Shown: piece by piece, positions 8,172 through 14,741 of the stretch
How positions within the stretch are numbered: the stretch's first letter is position 1
How the letters are laid out: each line of letters opens with the position of its first letter
Position numbers and translations under genes: made by a program
Source of the DNA: Nitrososphaerota archaeon
GTDB taxonomy: Archaea; Thermoproteota; Nitrososphaeria; Nitrososphaerales; UBA57
Assembly: GCA_013378385.1 (NCBI GenBank)
Contig: JACAFS010000020.1
Location: forward strand, 1-16,957
DNA length: 16,957 nt
Direction: 5' to 3'
The notes under the pieces: generated by a model
Databases searched by the model: none
The model's input: only the letters and a program-made list of their open reading frames with translations
Told to the model about the DNA's origin: nothing

Positions 8172-8891
8172 ATGTATGTTCCGCTTCATATGAGCAAAAC
8201 CTACTTGGTAATATTTTGTTTGCTTGCTACGTCCCTGGCCGGATGCTTATCTGGGGATACAGGTACAGACGTTATTCCGTACGAACCTGGGAGTGCAACA
8301 CTAATACAATCGGAATGGACAATGACAGAACATAACGTATATTTTCAACAATTTACAGCACCGAGTACTGGTGAGTACACTGGTATGACTATCATTACCG
8401 TGTCCACTTATGGATATTCTAGTTGTTCAGAGTATAGTGGAGTTCTTGGAGTTGCCGTATATTCACATAATGCCACCGATTCTAGAGCTGGTGCGCCTAG
8501 TGAATTAATTGCGCAGGGAACTTTATCATTAGATAATGTTAGTGCAAAGAACGGATACTTAAGCCATGCAATACAATTTGATGATTCTGCAGATTTGAAA
8601 TCTAATACAATATATTGGGTTGCTATTGCATCCGAATCTCCGATTGACTCGTGTCGTTTAGAGTTAGGTTATTACGGAGGTTATTATATTGTTGAAACTG
8701 ATAGGTATGGCAGTACCTCTAAGGTTGATTTTATTCCACCGAGTAACGATTATGGATTAGTGAAGTATATGAACTCAAACAGTTATGATGGCAATGTTAC
8801 GGGTTTTTCAGCCAGTGGAGGGTTTCCCACAAGTCTTGGTGAATATAGTTTATCTAGTGGAGAATATGCTTATTGGTATCGTATATTCTGA
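8172..8891 (+). CDS. putative lipoprotein, unknown function
   Basis: 239-aa ORF. The N-terminus ...MSKTYLVIFCLLATSLAGC carries a lipobox-like LAGC. There is no C-terminal anchor. An in-frame ATG at 8190 is an alternative start: the A/T box AAAATAGATAA (8155-8165) would then sit 25-35 nt upstream, as at other genes here. Confidence 0.8.
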   Translation: MYVPLHMSKTYLVIFCLLATSLAGCLSGDTGTDVIPYEPGSATLIQSEWTMTEHNVYFQQFTAPSTGEYTGMTIITVSTYGYSSCSEYSGVLGVAVYSHNATDSRAGAPSELIAQGTLSLDNVSAKNGYLSHAIQFDDSADLKSNTIYWVAIASESPIDSCRLELGYYGGYYIVETDRYGSTSKVDFIPPSNDYGLVKYMNSNSYDGNVTGFSASGGFPTSLGEYSLSSGEYAYWYRIF

Positions 8892-8895
8892 GACT

Positions 8896-8920
8896 ATTCC
8901 ACAACAACATAGTGATTCAG
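8896..8920. repeat. core repeat, full copy 2
   Basis: ATTCCACAACAACATAGTGATTCAG starts 4 nt after the lipoprotein stop codon. Its TCA (8917-8919) is the stop codon of the minus-strand gene 8917..10395. Confidence 0.9.
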
Positions 8921-10395
8921 TATCGTCTACGCAGCGCTATCAACCCAATCGATATCAAGGCAGGAATAAGGGATATTGAAGGAATCCATCCTGAATCATT
9001 TATGTCTCCAGGTTCGCAGTCCATTTCTGTACAAGACCATTCACCTTCGCTACAGACACATTGATTGCAACCATCATCTGCCATTTTAATATATCCATTC
9101 TGGCAAAGGTCAGATTCATCTTCTGTATTCGAGGCTCCCTCTTCTAGCTTTGGAGATTCCTCTCCTATATTTTCATCATCTAGCATATTCTCAAACAGGT
9201 AGACTGTATCTTGGGTGGTAACAATAACATACTTACCATTCGTAGACATTTCTATATGTTCAATGGATATTCCTATGTTGTACTCCCAAAGCAGGGTCTT
9301 ATTCTCTGTTGCAAGTGTGAAAACATATCCATCCTTGAAGCTCGCGATGTACTTACCGTCATTTGAAATGACAGCCTGAGAGACTTCCTCTTCTGCGTCA
9401 TATACCCAAATTGGACTATTGCTGTCTCTATGAAAAAGATAGATTTTACCATCACTTGCACTTGCGGTAATGTATTGCCCGTCACTTGACATGGCGATTG
9501 AATTGAAAAATGTCCCACCATCTGTCGGAGTATATTCCCAAACAGTTGCATTGCTTTCCTTATTAAATAAATAAATCTTAGAAGAGCCACAATCACCATT
9601 GCAATCATGTCCTTCCCCCTTCGCTATAGCGATAAACGTCCCGTCTTCCGAGATAGAAACGTGCATTTCAGGTCCCTGAAATGTAATGCTATTTCGTATA
9701 GGCATGAACCTGTATTCCCACAAAGGCGTACTATTTTCTTTGGAAAAGAAGGTAATTTTCCCTTCAGCAGATTCGTTTGCATGCTGTATAGCATAGCCGG
9801 CAACGACGAAGTACCCTCCGTCCGCCGAGATAGCGAATGATCCACCTCGATTTATATCTAGAGTATAGTTACTGATTAGCGTACCGTTACCACTTCTCAA
9901 CAAATGTAGGCCACTCACTAATATATGTTCTCCGTCAGCAGTAATGTCATGCACTCGCGACGATCCTGAAACATTCCATTCCATTTGCCAAAGTGGTGTA
10001 CCGTTTTCACTTCTAAAAACTGAAAAGTAAGGTGGACAGTGTGCGTGGTCATTTGGATCCATCTCACATTGAGCTCTTGCATGATGGACGATTACGTAAT
10101 CTCCATTCTCAGATATGAGAGAGTTCTTCGCAGTATCTCCTTCCGTATAGTTCCAAAGAAGCGTATTATTTCTAAACAAATAAACTACTCCATCACTATT
10201 CCTTCCAGAGTCCCTTCCTGCAGAGACAATCACATATTCGCCATCTCCAGAAATGGTAGCTGAAAGCTGCTCCGGACTAGATGGAATTTCAGGAGTAAAG
10301 GTCCATACGGGCTCTTTCCCCGCATCCACTTCCCCCGCCATCAGCACCAGCGCGAAGCCGGCAAGTAGCAAAAAAAGAAGGGAACGCATTGTCAT
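8917..10395 (-). CDS. secreted beta-propeller-repeat protein with Cys-rich module and IPS-helix-RRRY anchor
   Basis: The ORF track extends to 10452, but a signal peptide begins at MTMRSLLFLLLAGFALVLMAGEVDA (ATG 10395; a second ATG at 10389). About seven repeats end in a W-x-Y/W motif (LLWNYTEG, PLWQMEW, PLWEYRF, TVWEYTP, PIWVYDA, LLWEYNI), typical of PQQ/WD-like propeller blades. The C-terminus is CQNGYIKMADDGCNQCVCSEGEWSCTEMDC...SGWIPSISLIPALISIGLIALRRRY-stop. TATA-like CTTATTAC (complement of 10411-10418) matches the spacing at 8079 best if 10389 is the start. Confidence 0.88.
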   Translation of the reverse strand: MTMRSLLFLLLAGFALVLMAGEVDAGKEPVWTFTPEIPSSPEQLSATISGDGEYVIVSAGRDSGRNSDGVVYLFRNNTLLWNYTEGDTAKNSLISENGDYVIVHHARAQCEMDPNDHAHCPPYFSVFRSENGTPLWQMEWNVSGSSRVHDITADGEHILVSGLHLLRSGNGTLISNYTLDINRGGSFAISADGGYFVVAGYAIQHANESAEGKITFFSKENSTPLWEYRFMPIRNSITFQGPEMHVSISEDGTFIAIAKGEGHDCNGDCGSSKIYLFNKESNATVWEYTPTDGGTFFNSIAMSSDGQYITASASDGKIYLFHRDSNSPIWVYDAEEEVSQAVISNDGKYIASFKDGYVFTLATENKTLLWEYNIGISIEHIEMSTNGKYVIVTTQDTVYLFENMLDDENIGEESPKLEEGASNTEDESDLCQNGYIKMADDGCNQCVCSEGEWSCTEMDCEPGDINDSGWIPSISLIPALISIGLIALRRRY

Positions 10396-10435
10396 ACTCA
10401 AATGTAGTTTGTAATAAGTGTTTTTCTTTGTGAAA

Positions 10436-10654
10436 TCATTCCACAATAACATAGTGATTCAGTACTATTATTTGGCAATCCGGGCAGGTAACATCCTCCA
10501 ACTCTTCCGTTACATTGAAACCCCATATTCCACAAAGTGTCCGATTAGTATCCTCATCATTGCAATGAACATGGAAAAGATCATCATGCATCGCGCAGGG
10601 ATGGAAAATCCGCAAGTAATCATTACCTTCCCAGTAACAGTCAGGACATTTCAT
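10436..10654 (-). CDS. small zinc-ribbon protein (CPDC...CPDC); may be the C-terminal part of a longer or degraded gene
   Basis: From ATG 10654: MKCPDCYWEGNDYLRIFHPCAMHDDLFHVHCNDEDTNRTLCGIWGFNVTEELEDVTCPDCQIIVLNHYVIVE. It has two CPDC pairs plus extra Cys/His. The same frame stays open upstream to 10915 with no ATG (the track uses TTG at 10834), so the true 5' end is uncertain. Confidence 0.5.
   Translation of the reverse strand: MKCPDCYWEGNDYLRIFHPCAMHDDLFHVHCNDEDTNRTLCGIWGFNVTEELEDVTCPDCQIIVLNHYVIVE
10438..10462. repeat. core repeat, full copy 3
   Basis: ATTCCACAATAACATAGTGATTCAG lies 42 nt upstream of the start at 10395 and overlaps the last codons of the zinc-ribbon ORF. Confidence 0.9.
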
Positions 10655-11106
10655 TGGTAGACCCCGAAAATATCGAGCCTGTCGGCTATTGGGTTTTTGG
10701 CGAGTGTAGTTTGTTTGTGGTAATTCATTTGTTGGCGTTTCCTGCGTCAGGAAGGCGCGGCGGAGCGTTGGCTGACGGTTATACTTCAGACAGTAGAATT
10801 CGACATAGCGTTGGCTCTGCAGTTGCGTTCCCAAAACATCTCGCTGATAGCCGAGGCTCTCAGCGATATCGAAGACGTGACGTGGAAGGTAATAAAGGTG
10901 GCGGCGAGCAAGATTTCAACGACCGTTAGAATCATTCGGGAAAAAATCGAAAATGTTAGTTTTCCGTAGGGTAAAGTACATTTTCGCACATCAATTTGGG
11001 GCTATTTTGCCAGTAAAAGACCTATTTAGGGTGAAAAACAGCGATTTCGCCCCAAATATTTGGCTGAACAGGAGTGTTGAGGGATGCCCAAAGGCACTGA
11101 GACGTG

Positions 11107-11135
11107 CTAGCATACCAATGGATTAGTGATGCTAG
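11107..11135. other. hairpin, 7-bp stem (CTAGCAT/ATGCTAG), 15-nt loop
   Basis: Read directly from the sequence, in an ORF-poor stretch. Confidence 0.5.
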
Positions 11136-11147
11136 GTATCCTTACCT

Positions 11148-11165
11148 CCTATGTGTACACATAGG
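11148..11165. repeat. 18-bp perfect palindrome CCTATGTGTACACATAGG
   Basis: The sequence is self-complementary across all 18 nt and is non-coding. It may be a protein-binding site. Confidence 0.8.
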
Positions 11166-11170
11166 CTTTC

Positions 11171-11190
11171 CATGAAACTACATGAAATTA
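11171..11190. repeat. tandem 10-mers CATGAAACTA/CATGAAATTA
   Basis: Two adjacent 10-nt units, 9/10 identical, start 6 nt after the palindrome. Confidence 0.6.
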
Positions 11191-11453
11191 ACAAAGAATT
11201 TAACAAATTATTACTAACAACACATTACAGAAGTACTACGCCAATCATCAACCAATAATCGCCACGGCGTCCTAAATTTCAGTTTGACGTAATCAGGCCT
11301 TTTCAAAAAGACCGTCACGACGATAGCCATTTTGAGAATCAGCTTTGAAAAAGGGTGAGCGGGCTCATTTCATATTTTTCTTCAATTCGAGTCATTTTTT
11401 GGAAATACCGTACGGTAAAATAGTTTGAAATGGCTTAGATTTTCATCCCCAAA

Positions 11454-11462
11454 TTTTATATA
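11454..11462 (+). promoter_or_regulatory. TATA-like box TTTTATATA for the HNH gene
   Basis: It lies 26-34 nt upstream of ATG 11488, the same geometry as other genes in the window. Confidence 0.5.
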
Positions 11463-11487
11463 CCTTCAAGAAAAAAGACTTGGTTAT

Positions 11488-11808
11488 ATGCGTAAAAATC
11501 ATAAAAAAGATATAGATAGTACGAAAGACTTCATCAGAAAGGCAGCTAAGTTCATCAATAAGGTGGATCGAAAATTTCGCAAATGGACCCGTTTCAAGAA
11601 TGAGTACCGGCCAGCCAATAAGCGCTATATTCCAAAGCCGACACGAAAGGCGGTCTTAATTCGAGATAACTATAGTTGTGTCAAGTGCGGTAACCAGAAG
11701 GATTTGCACATGGACCATATTATCCCGGATTCCAAGAATGGCAGTAACGAGCTGGAGAATTTGCAGGTCCTTTGCAAAGATTGTAATTTGAGGAAAGGTG
11801 TGAGTTAG
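11488..11808 (+). CDS. HNH endonuclease
   Basis: The track ORF starts at TTG 11425; I prefer ATG 11488 (MRKNHKKD...) because of the TATA spacing. The C-terminal half, CVKCGNQKDLHMDHIIPDSKNGSNELENLQVLCKDCNLRKGVS, is a canonical HNH motif. It is a paralog of 1-264. Confidence 0.9.
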   Translation: MRKNHKKDIDSTKDFIRKAAKFINKVDRKFRKWTRFKNEYRPANKRYIPKPTRKAVLIRDNYSCVKCGNQKDLHMDHIIPDSKNGSNELENLQVLCKDCNLRKGVS

Positions 11809-11813
11809 GCAAA

Positions 11814-11829
11814 GATCTAAATGTAGATC
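11814..11829. other. hairpin GATCTA-AATG-TAGATC between HNH and the downstream gene
   Basis: A 6-bp perfect stem with a 4-nt loop lies 6 nt after the HNH stop. Its function (attenuator, processing or binding site) is unknown. Confidence 0.4.
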
Positions 11830-11847
11830 CGACATAAGCAATATCCT

Positions 11848-12708
11848 ATGGTTGAAAAATTGGATTCTTTCTATGTAATCCCAGGTTACACATTTTTCTA
11901 TTGGGGATTCACACTTCCTAAGAAGCATTATGAGGAATTCATAGATTTTTTTAATTTCAATGATGATAAATTATTAGACAAAATAACTTTAAAAATTGAT
12001 GGTAAGAAATATCCTGCTAAAATCCGAATGGCTCGGATTAATAATAAAGGAACAATGAAAGGACGTTCAAATGTGAAATATCCTGAAAGAGAAGTAATTC
12101 AAATTTTCTGGGATAAGGAATATGAAACATTGAAAGCTCTTCGTAAATTTTTCATTTACAGTTACGCATCAACAATAGACAAATCTAAGCCTAAATTGAA
12201 GGAAGTGATGGAATTAATTCATGTCAAAAATAATGAATTTAGAATAAAATCAATATCTAGGCAAGAAACCGATTTTGATGCCATGTTAAAATTTATGGAG
12301 GATAAGAATTTGTTTGGATTTTGGAGAGAAGAAATCTCTAAGAAAAAGAGAAAGCGTAATATTTTTGTCGATTATTCAAGGAAATGGATTCCAGCTTCTA
12401 AAGTTAAAGATTATAGTAATCGAAATCATATAATTTATCTACTATATCACTCGGAAAAGAAACAATTGTATGTTGGAAAAGCGAACATAATGGGCGATAG
12501 AGTTCAGCAAGGTAAAGGCCGTATTGGGCTTGACAAAGATTGGGATAAATTCATGTTCTTTGAGATTCATCCTGAGTTTAGCCATTTCATAGAACAGATT
12601 GAAGCTTTTACGATTCGCTCATTTGCAGCATTAGTGGATAATGATGTTGATATTACACCACTTGTTGATAGAAATATTAAGTTGGTAAACCGGCAGTTGA
12701 AGAAGTAA
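11848..12708 (+). CDS. two-domain protein: unknown N-terminal domain + C-terminal GIY-YIG-like nuclease domain
   Basis: 286-aa ORF. NHIIYLLYHSEKKQLYVGKANIMGDRVQQG fits the GIY-x(~10)-YVG-x-A-N-x3-R pattern of GIY-YIG nucleases. A downstream Glu-containing helix (FIEQIEAFTIRSF) sits where the catalytic Glu is expected. The N-terminal ~170 aa are unassigned. Confidence 0.6.
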   Translation: MVEKLDSFYVIPGYTFFYWGFTLPKKHYEEFIDFFNFNDDKLLDKITLKIDGKKYPAKIRMARINNKGTMKGRSNVKYPEREVIQIFWDKEYETLKALRKFFIYSYASTIDKSKPKLKEVMELIHVKNNEFRIKSISRQETDFDAMLKFMEDKNLFGFWREEISKKKRKRNIFVDYSRKWIPASKVKDYSNRNHIIYLLYHSEKKQLYVGKANIMGDRVQQGKGRIGLDKDWDKFMFFEIHPEFSHFIEQIEAFTIRSFAALVDNDVDITPLVDRNIKLVNRQLKK

Positions 12709-12711
12709 GGA

Positions 12712-12741
12712 TGGATGCTTTGTATGAGACGGTAGCATCCA
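12712..12741. terminator. hairpin between convergent genes (8-bp stem TGGATGCT/AGCATCCA, 14-nt loop)
   Basis: It lies in the 64-nt spacer between stops at 12708 (+) and 12773 (-). A terminator role is inferred only from its position. Confidence 0.3.
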
Positions 12742-12772
12742 GACCGCTTTGAGTCGGTGAGACTTCTTGGTT

Positions 12773-14413
12773 TTAGTTTATTGCTTTCAAATTGTGTCGA
12801 GCCATCTCCCTGTAAATTTTATCCTTTATTGTTTTCTCAGGAGTTTTAACATGTATGGAGATGTAAGTGGATAGTTCATCAATCATATGATTTTGATGCA
12901 GGCCAACTAATTTCTTGTTTCCTAATTTTGCAGCTTCTTTGTAGTAAGCATGACTTGCATTTGATACAATGTGTAATACTTGAAGTCTAGGATACAGAAT
13001 TGAATACTGTTCATATTTCCCTAATTCTTGAACATCATGTTCAATTTTGATTGATTTTGCTGACTTAGGTAGCCGGAAAGCCTCTTTACTTTTCCTTTTA
13101 CGATCATTTGTAGTTATGCCTTTGACAACTTTCTTTTTCAAATCAATAGGAACCGATTTACGAATAAGCTTGTCAACTTCTCCCGAATCCATATGATCGT
13201 CTTCAGAAGACTCTTCCATTACTTCTGAAGACATTTTCAAATTTTCGAGTTCATTAAACTCTAAACATGACACAGTTTTTGACAAATAATCTTCAATTTT
13301 TCTCGTTTCTCTTTCCACACTCTTAGGGGGCTTATATTTGCCATTAGAAAGAATTCTTCTAGCAAATTCGACTACAGGATCAAATAATTTCATCAAGTAG
13401 TTATTCAAATGATTATATTCCAAACTTTTACGATCTAATTTGGTTTTTTGATAGTTTACTGAGAAGTTTTGCTCAACATTCACTTGCCCGTATAATCTTG
13501 CCCTGTTTGCTCCCACTCCAATTCTACTATTCGATTCTACCAATCGACCGTTTAAGAAAATATCAATTCCATCATGCTTTTGATTGTGTTCTTTTTGAAT
13601 TCCAATATACCCTGAGATCTTGAAATGATTATTCTTTCCAGCAACTATTTTGGTATCAAAATCCTCAAATATTTTTACTTTTTTAGCCTTAATATTGTAT
13701 CTTTTCTTTACTTCGGGCTGATCAACAATTTCAAAAATCTCAGGTTCTTTCCAATAAAGTTGCTTTCCTTCAAAGAAAATATCAAGATTTTTACTGCACA
13801 TCTTGTAATATGTCCTTGATAAGTTATCAAAAATCTGTTCAAAATCGGGTTCTTTTATATGGCAATCTGTTATCAGAATCTTGGTAAAATGATCTTTTTT
13901 AGAAAGTCCACTTTTTTGTTGCAAATCTAATTCCCAATCACCTTTTTTCTTCACTGCATCACAATCGAATGGAATAGTTGTTGCATAATCTTTACCTTCA
14001 CTTTTTGTTCTAATAAAAATATGATTTCCTAGTTCCAGTGTAGAATTCTTCAACCCTATACCAAATCGTCCAATGCTCTTCTTCTTTTTTGATGCGCCCG
14101 CAATCCAACACGTTTCAGGATTCAATATTCCTGATCCTTCATCAGAAATTAACCATCCTTCTTCACCTTTATATCTTGCGAATTCATGTGTTTTCTTTAT
14201 CTTTGATGGAATCGAATGCCATTTAACAGAAATAGCATTTTTTTGGTACAATATTTTGTACGTATCTTCGGTGTATCCAGCATCTATAGAATTATCTATC
14301 AAATCTGATAGACTTTGTTCTATTTCTCTGCCACCGCTTCTCCAACTTTCAATTATGTTGGTGTCTGGCGTTATGTTTATTTTTTTCTTTGTTACTTTTC
14401 CCAATTTAATCAC
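12773..14413 (-). CDS. GHKL-superfamily ATPase, MORC-like (HATPase_c_3 type)
   Basis: 546-aa ORF with a GTG start. Bergerat-fold motifs appear in order: N-box SLSDLIDNSIDAG, G1 box LISDEGSGI, G2 box SIGRFGIGLKNS. The S-x-GRFGIGLK form is characteristic of the MORC/HATPase_c_3 branch. The C-terminal ~350 aa are unassigned. Confidence 0.8.
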   Translation of the reverse strand: MIKLGKVTKKKINITPDTNIIESWRSGGREIEQSLSDLIDNSIDAGYTEDTYKILYQKNAISVKWHSIPSKIKKTHEFARYKGEEGWLISDEGSGILNPETCWIAGASKKKKSIGRFGIGLKNSTLELGNHIFIRTKSEGKDYATTIPFDCDAVKKKGDWELDLQQKSGLSKKDHFTKILITDCHIKEPDFEQIFDNLSRTYYKMCSKNLDIFFEGKQLYWKEPEIFEIVDQPEVKKRYNIKAKKVKIFEDFDTKIVAGKNNHFKISGYIGIQKEHNQKHDGIDIFLNGRLVESNSRIGVGANRARLYGQVNVEQNFSVNYQKTKLDRKSLEYNHLNNYLMKLFDPVVEFARRILSNGKYKPPKSVERETRKIEDYLSKTVSCLEFNELENLKMSSEVMEESSEDDHMDSGEVDKLIRKSVPIDLKKKVVKGITTNDRKRKSKEAFRLPKSAKSIKIEHDVQELGKYEQYSILYPRLQVLHIVSNASHAYYKEAAKLGNKKLVGLHQNHMIDELSTYISIHVKTPEKTIKDKIYREMARHNLKAIN

Positions 14414-14429
14414 CTTTTGGTTTGGTTCA

Positions 14430-14741
14430 TTAGAATCCTACTCCTCTCATGATAATCTCTCCTCTCTTGATCTTGTATGAGAATTTGTGATGATTGTTTG
14501 ACCCTCTTGCTTTCGTAGCATTAGAAATCATCTTAGCTTTTAGATGCGCTCCTTTGATTAACGTGTTATTAGAAATTTCTTCCCCTTCAAACGTTGTTCT
14601 TTTTTGAGGAGTTACAACCCCTATTGGGACTCTTACCAGAGAGCCGCGTTTGATTTCTTTGACCGATATCGGAAATTTAGTTGATAAGACAATTGAGTCA
14701 AAGCTCAATTTTGAGTTGAAAGGCAATTGACCGCAGATCAA
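14430..14741 (-). CDS. hypothetical 103-aa protein, middle gene of the GHKL operon
   Basis: The TTG start overlaps the upstream stop (TTGA at 14738-14741), and the ORF ends 16 nt before the GHKL start. I recognise no motif. Confidence 0.55.
   Translation of the reverse strand: MICGQLPFNSKLSFDSIVLSTKFPISVKEIKRGSLVRVPIGVVTPQKRTTFEGEEISNNTLIKGAHLKAKMISNATKARGSNNHHKFSYKIKRGEIIMRGVGF

Noticed and set aside
10450-10452. The ATG inside the core (CACTATGTT on the minus strand) as the start of 8917..10452
   Set aside because: The same core ATG at 8139-8141 runs into a stop after 17 codons, and the one at 8910-8912 is antisense to the lipoprotein gene. The 19-aa extension has no signal-peptide character, whereas MTMRSLLFLLLAG... 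does.
10654-10989. ORFs 10654..10929 (+) and 10786..10989 (-), plus an untracked 57-codon + ORF at 10953..11126
   Set aside because: They overlap one another in a GC-rich patch, have no motifs and no promoter geometry. They are more likely noise within a decayed gene or non-coding region.
12773-14413. Reading the GHKL ATPase as topoisomerase VI subunit B or MutL
   Set aside because: There is no adjacent Top6A/Spo11-like gene, and I see no MutL-type motifs after the ATPase core. The S-x-GRFGIGLK G2 box is the MORC/HATPase_c_3 flavour. A profile search is still needed for confirmation.
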